A DNA stretch of 64,000 nt from Gemmatimonadota bacterium (GTDB lineage Bacteria > Gemmatimonadota > Gemmatimonadetes > Gemmatimonadales > GWC2-71-9): assembly GCA_029262195.1 (NCBI GenBank), contig JAJCZX010000024.1:1323-65322 (forward strand), in the 5' to 3' direction. The notes beneath the pieces are model-generated. The model did no database searches. It had not been told where the DNA came from and worked only from the letters and a program-made list of their open reading frames with translations. Positions within the stretch are counted from its first letter, which is position 1; each line of letters begins with the position of its first letter. The position numbers and the translations under genes were made by a program. This document shows positions 52,228-62,451 of the stretch, piece after piece.

Positions 52228-53382
52228 ATGAAAAGAGAGGGTCGCATTAAGGACAGCAAGTTGCCCGGTGGGATTGGAACGTTGAAATTCGTTGCCGTGT
52301 TCTGGACCGTGGTGTGGGCGGTAGACGTCGCGAAAGACATTGTGGCCCAGGTAATCGGCGGCGAAAACGCAGATATCAGCGTCCTCCTTATGGATCCGAC
52401 TCCGTGGTGGCTGGCCTGGTTTCTTTTGACTCCCCCTATTTTGTGGGTAGCCCGCAGGACAGATCCTGATTCGCTGGGTTGGTTGCCCAGCGCGGCAGTA
52501 CATCTTCCTATATCGTTTTTCGTGACGGGATTTCATGTGGCGCTGGCCACGATTCTTTTCGGGATAAGAAACGGTGACCTCGAAGTCTCCGGCCTCATGA
52601 TAAACTTCCGAAACATGCTTTTCGGTTTCGGACTGGCGGACATGCTTACCTACTGGGCGCTTGTAGTGGGGAGTTATGCGTTCCGATTTCAACAGCAGTA
52701 CCGGGACCGCCTTTTGGCTTCGGTGCGCCTCGAGGCCAAAGCAGCGGAGCTGCAGGCGAGTTTTGCGAAGGCGCGGCTAGACGCTCTGAGAATGGAGCTC
52801 AACCCCCATTTCCTCTTTAATTCCCTCAATTCGATTTCCGGGTTGGTTAGACGGGGTGAGAATGACTCAGCGGTGGGGATGATTGCCAAACTCGGACATT
52901 TGTTGAGATTGACCCTGGATTCAAGTAGTCGTCCGGAGGTAAGTCTGAGCGAGGAGATCGATCTGGTTCGGTCGTATCTGGAAATAGAAAAGATCAGATT
53001 CGGGGACCGGCTCGAGGTAACGATTCAGTGTCCCGATTCTTTGCTAGACAAAATGGTGCCGACGCTTGTTATGCAACCCCTTGTCGAGAACGCTATCAAG
53101 CACGGCGCTGCGAAGCGGGCCGGACCGAGTTTGGTGGAAATAGTTGTTGGGGCTGCTGACGGCATACTTACGGTGAGAGTTAGAGATTCCGGCAAGGGTA
53201 CCGGCGAGGTGTTGCGGATTGACGAACCGGCCGGAGATGGGATCGGGCTTTCGAATACACGTTCCCGATTGGAGCAACTTTATGGGGCGGCCGGGACAGT
53301 TGAACTAAACCGTCGACCGCACGGGTCCGACGCGGTGCTTACCGTTCCCATTCGGCCGGTCTCGGGAGAACAGGCATCGTGA
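52228..53382 (+). CDS. LytS/YehU-type sensor histidine kinase (384 aa)
   Basis: The N-terminus is multi-TM. The His_kinase (PF06580) box is LNPHFLFNSLNSI. The HATPase_c strings are LVENAIKHG and GDGIGLSNTRSRL. Confidence 0.85.
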   Translation: MKREGRIKDSKLPGGIGTLKFVAVFWTVVWAVDVAKDIVAQVIGGENADISVLLMDPTPWWLAWFLLTPPILWVARRTDPDSLGWLPSAAVHLPISFFVTGFHVALATILFGIRNGDLEVSGLMINFRNMLFGFGLADMLTYWALVVGSYAFRFQQQYRDRLLASVRLEAKAAELQASFAKARLDALRMELNPHFLFNSLNSISGLVRRGENDSAVGMIAKLGHLLRLTLDSSSRPEVSLSEEIDLVRSYLEIEKIRFGDRLEVTIQCPDSLLDKMVPTLVMQPLVENAIKHGAAKRAGPSLVEIVVGAADGILTVRVRDSGKGTGEVLRIDEPAGDGIGLSNTRSRLEQLYGAAGTVELNRRPHGSDAVLTVPIRPVSGEQAS

Positions 53383-54173
53383 CCACATCTCTCCAAACAA
53401 TCCGGACTGTGGTCGTTGACGACGAACCGTTAGCTCGTGAGTGCGTTGTTAAGGCTCTGGAAAAAGGCAACAACTTCGAAGTCGTGGCTCAATGCGCCGA
53501 GGGCAAAGACGCGGTGCGCACCATCAATCGAGAACAACCGGATCTGGTCTTTCTCGATATCCAGATGCCGGGGATGACGGGGCTGGAGGTGGTTGAAAAG
53601 CTGGGAATCGATTCGGTACCGGCTCTGGTTTTCGTGACGGCCTATGACGCACACGCCATTCAAGCGTTCGAGCTGCACGCCATTGACTACGTTTTGAAAC
53701 CCTTTGATGATCAGCGATTGCTTGACGCTGCGGCCAGGGCCGCCGGGATTGTGCGGGCCGAGCAAGATGCCGATCTGAGGCGACGCCTGAGCCTCTTCCT
53801 TTCCGAAACCGGGCTTGGTACTCGGGGAGAATTGCGCGAAAAAACAGCGCATAACCATGTCAGCGTCCGTGTGGGGGACTCGTACCGGTTGATTCCGCCG
53901 ACCGATATCGATTGGTTTGATGTCTCAGGCAATTACGTCCGCCTCCATTGCGGGGAAGAAAGCCACGTTCTTCGAACGACGATGGCATCCCTTGTCGGTC
54001 AGTTGGAATCCGAAGGGTTCGTCCGGGTTCATCGTTCCACCGCATTGAACGTCAACCGAATTCGCGAGATCAAACCATGGTTCGGTGGCGACTATGTCGC
54101 GATTCTCCGTGACGGTTCTGAGCATCGCGTAAGCCGGGTTTATCGCGATGGTCTTCTGAAACGTGGTGGTTGA
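53379..54173 (+). CDS. LytTR-family response regulator (264 aa)
   Basis: There is a GTGA overlap with the kinase stop. The receiver domain reads VVVDDEP...DLVFLDIQMPGMTGLEV...YVLKP. The C-terminal LytTR domain reads IDWFDVSGNYVRLHCGEESHVLRTTMASL...FVRVHRSTALN. Confidence 0.9.
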   Translation: MTTSLQTIRTVVVDDEPLARECVVKALEKGNNFEVVAQCAEGKDAVRTINREQPDLVFLDIQMPGMTGLEVVEKLGIDSVPALVFVTAYDAHAIQAFELHAIDYVLKPFDDQRLLDAAARAAGIVRAEQDADLRRRLSLFLSETGLGTRGELREKTAHNHVSVRVGDSYRLIPPTDIDWFDVSGNYVRLHCGEESHVLRTTMASLVGQLESEGFVRVHRSTALNVNRIREIKPWFGGDYVAILRDGSEHRVSRVYRDGLLKRGG

Positions 54174-54339
54174 AGGCCCGACCGTCACGGAATAGCTCGT
54201 CCTGTCCCATCTCTGATCGCTCCATCCCCGGAGCGCCACTCGTTGGTGTTCCCCGTGTATTTCCCATGTCGCTCCGCTGGGATTACGCTGATGCCAACGG
54301 TGCTTATTTATCATACCAGAATGAGGCACGTGGTTTTCG

Positions 54340-56388
54340 ATGCTATGCAAAATACTTGGACGGAAGTGTGGACGTGGATTCCTGTTCTTTTCCCTGGCCC
54401 TGGCGGTCGGGTGCGGTGGAGGTGACCAGATAGGTCCCGAGCCAACCCCGGAGCCGGATCCAACGCAGAAAACGGCAGACGTGTCGGTAAATGTGTCCGG
54501 TCCGGCGACAGCAGCTCCGGGGGCGGACATCACCTATGCGATCACAGTTGCCAATGCAGCCGGTGGCGACCCCGCGCTGGAGGTAGTAGTTACTGACAGC
54601 CTCCCTAAAGGAGTTGTGGTCGCTTCGATCACTGACGGTGGGAGCGAGGCTAACGGCGTGGTCACCTGGCCAGCTATTGCCTCTCTGGCGCCCGGCACCA
54701 CACGTACCATGCGAGTAACGGTTACAGTGGCGCTAGAAGGTGAGCTGCGCAATGTCGCGTTCGGGACTTCTGTAACCATGGATCCTCAAGAAGGTAACAA
54801 CAACGGTACAGGGGATGGGGTACTTGTGATTGCCTCTGTGGCTTCAGCGGATGTGCAGGTCATTCACGTGTCCAGCGGTACGGCCAACACGGGTGACACC
54901 GCGCGGATCACGCTGACCGTGAGAAACGCGGGGCCATCAACGGCACGCGGAGTCGTCGCCACCGATATTCTACCGGCCGGGTTAACCCTCACCTCTATCT
55001 CAGACGGTGGGATTGCCACAAACAACACGATTCAATGGCCCACAATTGACTCCTTAGTTTCTGGAGGGTCGCGGGCTTTCACTGTGGACTTCGTGGTGCC
55101 GGCAATTGGTCCGGTTTTGGCTGTGGCCAATGCTGCGTCAACCACAGGTGATCCTGCACCAGGGAATAACGCAGGCGGGGCTTCGGGGCAGGTTAGCCTG
55201 AGTGTGGGCTTTACCCCGGTGATGACGATAACGGGTGAATCCGCCGGGGACCAATTCGGCTGGTTGATGGACAATGTTGGCGATATTGATGGGGATGGAG
55301 CGAACGACTACGTGGTGGGCGCGCCTACCAACGGAGCCGGCGGCACCAATGCCGGTCGTGCGTATGTCTACTCTGGTGCTACCGGACAGCTCGTTTACAC
55401 ATTCACTGGTGCTCCGGGCCAACGATTTGGGACGGCGCTTGATGCTGCCGGGGACGTCAACGGAGATGGTGTTGGAGATATCGTTGTCGGCGGCCCCAGC
55501 GCCGGTTCGGGACGCGCCGTGGTTTACTCCGGGGCGGACGGGACGGTCATCTGGGATTTGCCTGGTGAAAACGCTGGAGATGGCTTCGGCACCGCCGTTG
55601 GCAGGCTCGGCGATACCAATGGGGATGGGTTTGACGATTTCCTGGTTACCGCCCCAGGGCACGACTCTGGTGTGAGTAATTCCGGGAGGGTGTACGTGAT
55701 CTCCGGTGTCGACGGGAGCACTCTTGCGACCAAAAACAGCCTGGTGGGAGGACAGTTCGGATCTTCAGTTGGCGGCGTGGGGGACCTCACCGGAGATGGT
55801 GTGCCTGATTTTGGTGTTGGCGCCCCTGGAGCAACGGGGTCAGGCCGGATATATGTCCTCAATGGAGTAACTGCTGACACCGTTTTCTTCTCTATTCCCG
55901 GAGATGCAACTGGAAGTGCGCTGGGACAATTCTGGCTCAACGAAATGGGGGATGTCAACGGAGACGGTATCCCTGACTTCTACGCCTCTGATATCTTGAA
56001 CAACGCCAACGGGGCCCAAACGGGCCGAGCCTACGTTTTTTCCGGAGCCGATGGCAGTAAAATCCACACGATGACCGGAGAGAACCCCGGAGATCAATTC
56101 GGTATTGGACGCGGAATCCCAGACGTTGACGGCGATGGCATATCGGATCTGTTCCTGGCGGGTTGGTTAAGCAGCGAAGGAGCGTCACTTTCAGGGAAGG
56201 CCTACGTTTACTCCGGAGCCACCGGTAAGGTAGTTCGGAATTTCGTAAGCACCGTGGCCTCTGACAATCTCGGGTTTGACGCGATTGGTCTGGGCGATAT
56301 TACTGGAGACGGCAAACCCGATTTTCTGATTTCCGGTGGCATTTCTAATTTGACGCCCGGCCAGGTGCATGTAGTTGCAGGGATCTGA
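54340..56388 (+). CDS. Lipoprotein with two DUF11 repeats and a seven-blade FG-GAP (integrin-alpha-like) beta-propeller (682 aa)
   Basis: The lipobox is LALAVGC. The DUF11 units are ADVSVNVSGPATAAPGADITYAITVANAG... and ADVQVIHVSSGTANTGDTARITLTVRNAGP.... There are seven repeats of FGxxxxxxGDxxGDGxxDxxxGAP...GRxYVxSG. Confidence 0.85.
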   Translation: MLCKILGRKCGRGFLFFSLALAVGCGGGDQIGPEPTPEPDPTQKTADVSVNVSGPATAAPGADITYAITVANAAGGDPALEVVVTDSLPKGVVVASITDGGSEANGVVTWPAIASLAPGTTRTMRVTVTVALEGELRNVAFGTSVTMDPQEGNNNGTGDGVLVIASVASADVQVIHVSSGTANTGDTARITLTVRNAGPSTARGVVATDILPAGLTLTSISDGGIATNNTIQWPTIDSLVSGGSRAFTVDFVVPAIGPVLAVANAASTTGDPAPGNNAGGASGQVSLSVGFTPVMTITGESAGDQFGWLMDNVGDIDGDGANDYVVGAPTNGAGGTNAGRAYVYSGATGQLVYTFTGAPGQRFGTALDAAGDVNGDGVGDIVVGGPSAGSGRAVVYSGADGTVIWDLPGENAGDGFGTAVGRLGDTNGDGFDDFLVTAPGHDSGVSNSGRVYVISGVDGSTLATKNSLVGGQFGSSVGGVGDLTGDGVPDFGVGAPGATGSGRIYVLNGVTADTVFFSIPGDATGSALGQFWLNEMGDVNGDGIPDFYASDILNNANGAQTGRAYVFSGADGSKIHTMTGENPGDQFGIGRGIPDVDGDGISDLFLAGWLSSEGASLSGKAYVYSGATGKVVRNFVSTVASDNLGFDAIGLGDITGDGKPDFLISGGISNLTPGQVHVVAGI

Positions 56389-56494
56389 GCCCTCAACCTA
56401 CCAATGGGGTTAGCGTTGCCAATGAGACCTTTTTCACCCCAGCGGGGTAGCTACAAACGCCTGATTCAACTATATCGCCTCAAGGAGTAGTTAG

Positions 56495-57421
56495 ATGTCC
56501 AAAACCGCCGTTCTTGTAACCCTTGTGGGTGTGTTCGTCACTCAATCCGACCAGTTGTCCGCATTTCAGAGGCCTCTAAATGCGGTTTCGGTTGAAACCC
56601 TGACCGGCGAACTGGACGGAGGAACTGGTGGAATCTCGGTGGACGGGGAGGGCAACGTTTACGTTGCCGACTTCGGATCCAGTCTTTCGGGGGGCGGTAC
56701 GGTGGGTTCGAAGGTGTTCCTGGTTACTCCCGCAGGTGAGGCCCACATCTTTGCTGATGGTTTCCAAGGAGCTTCCGGAAACGAATTCGATTCGCACGGG
56801 AATCTGTTTCAGTCCAATATTTCGATCAGCACGATCAGCAAGGTTTCTCCCCAGGGAGTCATTTCCCCGTTCGTTTCGGAAGGTATCTCGACGCCGGTGG
56901 GAATCGTTAGTGACGCAGACGACAACCTTTTTGTTGCGAACTGTGGGAACGGTTCCATTCAAAAAGTCACCCCCAGTGGCGTCTCCACGACCTTCGTCTC
57001 CAGTCCTTTGTTGAATTGTCCGAATGGAATCGTTTTTGACGATGCCGGAAATCTTTACACCGCCAATTTCGGCAACGGGGATGTAGTCAAAGTCACTCCT
57101 GACGCGATAGCGAGCCGATTGGCTACGCTGCCGGGCGGCAATAACGGCCATCTGATTTATCACGACGGGTACCTGTATGTCATCGACAGGGGTGGGCATC
57201 GAATCTATACGATGTCACTGGCCGGTGAGTTTGAGGTGCTGGCAGGGTCCGGGCAGCGAGGTCGCCAGGACGGCGATCCCATGCTGGCGACATTCTCGTT
57301 TCCCAACGATCTCGGTATTAGCCCCGACGGGAGGACAATCTACGTCAATGAAGTTGCCGGTGCGACTGCGCCCGGTAACGTCCTGGCCCCGATGGTAGTG
57401 CGGGCAATTCGGGTGCGATAG
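56495..57421 (+). CDS. Secreted NHL / SMP-30-like beta-propeller protein (308 aa)
   Basis: It has a signal peptide MSKTAVLVTLVGVFVTQSDQLSA. Repeated units of the form GIVxDxxGNLYVAN / PNGIVFDDAGNLYTANFG / LGISPDGRTIYV are present. Confidence 0.75.
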   Translation: MSKTAVLVTLVGVFVTQSDQLSAFQRPLNAVSVETLTGELDGGTGGISVDGEGNVYVADFGSSLSGGGTVGSKVFLVTPAGEAHIFADGFQGASGNEFDSHGNLFQSNISISTISKVSPQGVISPFVSEGISTPVGIVSDADDNLFVANCGNGSIQKVTPSGVSTTFVSSPLLNCPNGIVFDDAGNLYTANFGNGDVVKVTPDAIASRLATLPGGNNGHLIYHDGYLYVIDRGGHRIYTMSLAGEFEVLAGSGQRGRQDGDPMLATFSFPNDLGISPDGRTIYVNEVAGATAPGNVLAPMVVRAIRVR

Positions 57422-58124
57422 GAGAGAGCTCTCGGCTGAACTGTCAAAGGGGGTCGAAGGCATCGCCGGTCCTCCGGAATTCCTGATCCACAAAACCAGA
57501 CTATGCGTAGCGAACCGCCGCTCAGCCGTAACCGATCAGTTCTGGCGGGAACGCCGGCAAGGGCCTGGGTTTCCCTGTGAGTGAAAGCGGCGTTTGGCTC
57601 CGATATTGTCACGATCACGGTGTCTCCCGCCATCTTTTCGGACCAAAACCCGACGTTGATCACACTCCATTCGAAGTTGGGATCGCCGAAGTTTTGAAAG
57701 GCACAATCGACGGGGCACTTGATGCGGTGATAAATCAAGGCTCTGTTCTTGTCGAGGGCATGTGCGGGTCTCGACCGATCAAGCGCTGGGCGAGTTGGTT
57801 GTTTTGCTTCTGGAACCCGATTCGCCGGATTCATTTTTTCAGTGGGGCTTCTTCCTCGAAGTTTTGCAACGTACCGAGTACATAGAGGCGTACGCCGGGG
57901 ACCCCTGGCAGAGATGATGTTGGACGGTGACTCGGAACTCGCTGAATTTGCGACGGCGCTCCAGGATTCCGTTTTCTCCGCAAGTCCCGTGGCGAGATTG
58001 GATTGGTTCTATCAACGCAGCCCGTTTTGGGACGACAGGCTCAACCTCTATCCGGTTGGTAGAGAAGAACGGTAGAATGTCAGAATGAACACTGCAGGAA
58101 GGAGAGTGCGGGAAAGAGATCTCT

Positions 58125-60794
58125 TCACTCCTGTGAAAGCACTGCTGTGGGGTCTACCTGGGTAGCGCGATGGGCCGGGACGTAACAGGCCGCAAGAGCA
58201 ATCAAAGCCAAAGTGATTGACACGACTCCGAGTGTCGCAGGGTCGTTCGCAGTTACCTCGTAGAGGAGACTGTCGATACTTTTCCCCAGGCCCAGGGCTA
58301 CGGCGACCCCGACGGCCAGGCCGCGCAAAGCCTGCACCATTCCTCGGCGCACCACGAGATTGCGAACCGACCGAGGATCTGCTCCTAGTGCGACTCTCAC
58401 TCCAATCTCCTTCATCTGCCGGGTGACGAAGTAGGATAGAACTCCGAAAACGCCGATTCCAGCTAAAACAACACCCACTACTGCGAAAACCGCCACGAGT
58501 GTAGCCCAGTATCGCGGGCGGGCAACCGAATCTGACAACCTTTTTTCAAAAGTATCAAAACGGGACAAGGCCAGTCCCCTATCCAATTCGAATATCTTTT
58601 CCCTTACAACAGCCGCTGATGGAAGCCCCGCATGCGCACGCACGATCACGTAGGCTCTGCTGGGGGCGAACTGGCTGTGCGGTCTGTAGACCGCAGTGAG
58701 GTCATCGCTTCCGATACCCATAAAACTTACATTGCCGACGACGCCGATGACGGTTGTGGGGTCGCAGCTACGGCATCCTCCTTCATAGAACTGTGCTCCC
58801 AGAACTTCGCGGTCGGGAAAGTAACGGTTGGCCCAGGCGCGGCTGACCATTGCTACCGGCGGTCCGTTCGCGTCAGCTTGATCCGGTAATCTGCCTTGAA
58901 GCAAAGGGATCTCCATGGTTTCGAAAAACGACGGACCTACCGTTATCCACGGAGCAACATGTTCACTCTGGCCAACCGCAACGGGTGCCTCAAGAAGATC
59001 GAAATTGTTGGACATGCTACCTCCGTCGGGTGGAAGTCCGGTCGCGAACGTGGCGTTCGAAAAATTGGGTACTGTTTGCAAAGCTTCCAGAGCCGTCTCC
59101 CAAAAAGCGATCCTGGCATCGGAGTCCGGGTAGTCGACGGCTGGGAGGGAAAGGGTTGCTACAACGGTGTTGTCATCGTCGAAACCCAGAGGTATTTTGT
59201 GCAAACGGGCCAGGCTCCCGAAGAGAAGTGCAGCGGTGGCAAGCAATGGAAGGGCCAGGGCGAACTCGATGGACACTAGGGCGCTCCTCATTGCTTTCGC
59301 GGCACCTGTGTCGGAATTAGTTCGTCCGGCCGTTCGGAGGGTTTGGGATGGGCTTTCGGTCCGTCCAGTGACGAATGGCGTCACTCCGAAAAACAACCCA
59401 CTGGCACCGGCAATACCCGCGGCAAATGCAAGGGCAGTCAGATCTAGGCCAACCTCATCCAGTCTCGGTATTGCGGGCCCGATTGCAACCAGAGCATCCA
59501 ATCCAATAGAGGCCAGCACAATTCCGATTCCACCTGCTATGGCGGTCAAGAGCAAACTCTCGACAAAGAACTGGTAGAGGAGTTGGGTGCGCGATGCTCC
59601 AAGAGATGCTCTAATGGCGGTTTCCCGCTGGCGTACGGTGGAACGGGCCATGAACAGGTTCCCAACGTTAGCGATTGCAATCAACATCAGGAATCCAACA
59701 GCCCCCAGAAGCATTCCCATAGCCCCCTTTACGCTCCCAACCATATTGTCACGTAATGCAAATGGAACCAGAGTGGCATTTTCGTCGCTGAACGTATCTG
59801 ACCACTGAGGAAAGATTAACTGGCTCACGGACCGGAGATCGTTGGTGAGATCTTCCAGCGAAACTTCGTTTCGCATCCGCCCGATGGCTCTAATAAAGAA
59901 CGGCCCCCTTCTTTGCGGCTCGTTCAATTGGAGGACCGGCCACACGTCGGCTTTGAAGCCAGCCATGGCTTCCATGCCCGTGGGGAGGACGCCCACCAGG
60001 GTGTGCGGCATTCCGTTCAGGGTCAAAGTTTCACCGATAGCCTGGGATGCGCTCTCAAAACGACGACTGGCAAACGCGTCAGTGACAATAACCACGGGCT
60101 CGTTGCCCGGGTTGCCATCGGCTGATTGAAATGCCCTCCCATGAGTCAGAGTAACGCCGAGCACGTTGAACCAATCTGGAGTTACTCGTCCCACGGGAAC
60201 CCGTTCTGAACGATCCGGTCCTGCCAGGGTCATTTCGCCTCCCGCGAAACCAGCAACCGAGCTCAACGAATTCGTGTACTGTTGAATTCCCTGAAAATCG
60301 ACCGTGGACACACCGAATCGGTTGGTGGGGCTATTCTGTTGGTACACCCTTACCAGTTGTTCGGAGTCAGCGTAGGGAAGAGGCTGCAGCAGGATCCCGT
60401 TGACCACACTGAAAACAGCTGTCGTTGCGCCGATAACAGTGGCCATTGTTGCTATAGCTGTCGCGCTAAAACCAGGCGTCCGCAGGAGGGATCTAAGAGC
60501 CATTCGCAATTCGCGCAAAATGGACTCGTACGGTTGGTGAGTACCATTCGTATTCCGTCGCCTTCCCCCGGGAGGGGTGATCAACCTCATCCGAATTATT
60601 TCACCGATCAGGGCAACGATGTTGCGAGAACTGTACGCGAACGACGCATATCGACCTTGGGAACGGAGTCGAGCGTGCTCTTCAGCGAAAGTTGCGACAC
60701 TATCTGCTCGCAGTGTCGAGTTGAACTCCCGAGGATACAATTTTGTTAGGAGCGAGTACGTGCGGACGGAGAAATTGCCCAATTCCTTACTCAT
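58125..60794 (-). CDS. ADOP-type duplicated FtsX/MacB-like permease (889 aa)
   Basis: The start ATG at 60794 (MSKELGNFSV) makes an 8-nt overlap (ATGAGTAA) with the upstream PadR stop; the track ORF extends to 60821. The duplicated FtsX architecture is present (ANVGNLFMARSTVRQRETAIRASLGASRTQL; QMKEIGVRVALGADPRSV). Confidence 0.85.
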   Translation of the reverse strand: MSKELGNFSVRTYSLLTKLYPREFNSTLRADSVATFAEEHARLRSQGRYASFAYSSRNIVALIGEIIRMRLITPPGGRRRNTNGTHQPYESILRELRMALRSLLRTPGFSATAIATMATVIGATTAVFSVVNGILLQPLPYADSEQLVRVYQQNSPTNRFGVSTVDFQGIQQYTNSLSSVAGFAGGEMTLAGPDRSERVPVGRVTPDWFNVLGVTLTHGRAFQSADGNPGNEPVVIVTDAFASRRFESASQAIGETLTLNGMPHTLVGVLPTGMEAMAGFKADVWPVLQLNEPQRRGPFFIRAIGRMRNEVSLEDLTNDLRSVSQLIFPQWSDTFSDENATLVPFALRDNMVGSVKGAMGMLLGAVGFLMLIAIANVGNLFMARSTVRQRETAIRASLGASRTQLLYQFFVESLLLTAIAGGIGIVLASIGLDALVAIGPAIPRLDEVGLDLTALAFAAGIAGASGLFFGVTPFVTGRTESPSQTLRTAGRTNSDTGAAKAMRSALVSIEFALALPLLATAALLFGSLARLHKIPLGFDDDNTVVATLSLPAVDYPDSDARIAFWETALEALQTVPNFSNATFATGLPPDGGSMSNNFDLLEAPVAVGQSEHVAPWITVGPSFFETMEIPLLQGRLPDQADANGPPVAMVSRAWANRYFPDREVLGAQFYEGGCRSCDPTTVIGVVGNVSFMGIGSDDLTAVYRPHSQFAPSRAYVIVRAHAGLPSAAVVREKIFELDRGLALSRFDTFEKRLSDSVARPRYWATLVAVFAVVGVVLAGIGVFGVLSYFVTRQMKEIGVRVALGADPRSVRNLVVRRGMVQALRGLAVGVAVALGLGKSIDSLLYEVTANDPATLGVVSITLALIALAACYVPAHRATQVDPTAVLSQE

Positions 60795-61110
60795 CTGTGC
60801 TGGTCGGTGAAAGTTCTCCAAGGGCGGTGTTTGTCAATTCCCTGAGCAAGTTGGCCTCACGGCGCATCTCGGTCACTCCGGCGGCGGTCACTTCATACGA
60901 ATGGGCTGGTCTTCCGGATTCCGAAGCCTGTTTAGAATCAGCGACTTCGATCCAACCTTCGGAGACCGCGGAATTTAGGATCCTGTAGAAAGAGGCCAGA
61001 GACGGTTGGCGTCCACCTCCCGCTAAATCGCTGATTCGTTCGCGTATCTCGGCTGCCGAATATGAACCGTTGGAAAGCGCCGCAAGGAGTTTGAATGTTG
61101 CCATTTTCAT
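60787..61110 (-). CDS. PadR-family transcriptional regulator (107 aa)
   Basis: FKLLAALSNGSYSAAEIRERISDLAGGGRQPSLASFYRILNSAVSEGWIEV is a PadR-type winged helix. Confidence 0.8.
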   Translation of the reverse strand: MKMATFKLLAALSNGSYSAAEIRERISDLAGGGRQPSLASFYRILNSAVSEGWIEVADSKQASESGRPAHSYEVTAAGVTEMRREANLLRELTNTALGELSPTSTDE

Positions 61111-61152
61111 CGACTATTGCTCACTGGAAAAATTGAAGCTCTGTCGATGTTA

Positions 61153-61167
61153 TTCTCAAAATGAGAA
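61153..61167. promoter_or_regulatory. Short palindrome upstream of the third PadR (possible operator)
   Basis: The sequence is TTCTCA-AAA-TGAGAA. It lies 43 nt upstream of the PadR start at 61110, within a 97-bp AT-rich gap. At this length it could be chance. Confidence 0.3.
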
Positions 61168-61207
61168 AAAGTTCCTTTTGCCTCCTCCGGACGAAGCGCA
61201 ACCTAAT

Positions 61208-62383
61208 TCAGATCCTAGGTTTGGTTATCCGTTGCCTTTGCGTTTTGCTATGGAACCTAAAAAGGACAACTGTCCGAAGTCGTCTTAGAATCCCGCCTGC
61301 AACCGATCTCCAATTCCTTTGGCGAGAGTGATACCGGATGGCCTCTGGTACCAGTTGTATTTTTCGAAGAACGGGTTCGGACCTTACCGAGCTAAAGAAT
61401 TTGGCACTCTGGTAAACCACGCTCAACCAAAAATGCCCTCTTCTCTCAAAAGAGATGGTCTGGAGCCAGGCCTTCTCAATTGTACTGGGCCCATCGGCGC
61501 GGAGCTTCGCAACTATGTCAGGCGGTATGGTCCTCGGCGAAACGTTTTCCAGGGCTTCAAGGGCTCTCGCCAATACGTTGTTCAAATCTAAATTTTTCGA
61601 ATGAAGAACGAGTCGGTCCCAATCGATATCTGAATTGCGAATGATGGCTGCACTGTCTGCGTACCATCTCAATGGAGGCAACTCTGCCCACAATTGCCCG
61701 TGTATGCACACGTGCAGTAGGTGATCTGACGGAGATAGTGTTCTGACCTTTCTTCCTCCGATCTCTACGTCCAATGACCCTTCGATGAAGTCCTTGTCTG
61801 CTCCCGGCCAGCAACAGGTCGTCAATGCGTGGTAATGTAGGTCAATCGACCGCCGGTTTTCGTCGTAGAACGTAAGAGCGTGAAAAAATCGGTGGTCGAA
61901 GAATCCATCTTCGTCCGCCGCCCAACCGGTTCTTCGTAGGATGGCTGCCGCTTTTGCGAAATCTTGCGGCTCTATTAGAAGGTCAACGTCTGCGACTCTT
62001 CGGGAAGATGTACTTTTATAAAAGAGAGGAAGTAGAGCGGAGCCCTTGAGTAAGATGGGATCAACCCCGCCTGCGGTAAGCGAAGTCGAAACCTCGTTTA
62101 GAGTTCGCAGGACCAATTGATTCCACGCCCAAACTTTCCTCGCTTCCACACCGAACACTTCAAGATCGGCGTCCTGGGGCAGGGATTCTGATAGGTTGCA
62201 AAAAACTAAAGGCGCGAGCTTTACCTCTCTGGAGTTGAGCCCTTTGGAGCTTTCTTGCGCCTTCCAGGTATACCACGCCTCCAACGCGCCTTCTCCCTGC
62301 AGAATTCCGGAGCGAAGTAGCAGTACCTCCCTCGGAGTCGGTTCAATCCAGCTAGATTGGCGGGGTTTGGGGCTTGTGGGCAT
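61208..62383 (-). CDS. Uncharacterised nucleotidyltransferase-family protein (PF14907-like, 391 aa)
   Basis: The string LLKGSALLPLFYKSTSSRRVADVDLLIEPQDFAKAAAILRRTGW and a later HxxxH-containing helical part fit the 'uncharacterised nucleotidyltransferase' pattern (GS...DxD). This is a motif-level call only. Confidence 0.55.
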   Translation of the reverse strand: MPTSPKPRQSSWIEPTPREVLLLRSGILQGEGALEAWYTWKAQESSKGLNSREVKLAPLVFCNLSESLPQDADLEVFGVEARKVWAWNQLVLRTLNEVSTSLTAGGVDPILLKGSALLPLFYKSTSSRRVADVDLLIEPQDFAKAAAILRRTGWAADEDGFFDHRFFHALTFYDENRRSIDLHYHALTTCCWPGADKDFIEGSLDVEIGGRKVRTLSPSDHLLHVCIHGQLWAELPPLRWYADSAAIIRNSDIDWDRLVLHSKNLDLNNVLARALEALENVSPRTIPPDIVAKLRADGPSTIEKAWLQTISFERRGHFWLSVVYQSAKFFSSVRSEPVLRKIQLVPEAIRYHSRQRNWRSVAGGILRRLRTVVLFRFHSKTQRQRITKPRI

Positions 62384-62451
62384 GGTTAGTGGGAGAAAGA
62401 TTGTATATTAGAGTATTCCTGGTTTTTTGCTAGTTCGGAGAATCGTCGCAC

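Noticed and set aside
57340-58075. ORFs 57340-57834 (-) and 57749-58075 (+) as real genes.
   Set aside because: They are not listed as features. They overlap each other and the NHL gene, neither shows a recognisable motif, and the minus ORF has a low-complexity tail. They are kept as a low-priority finding instead.
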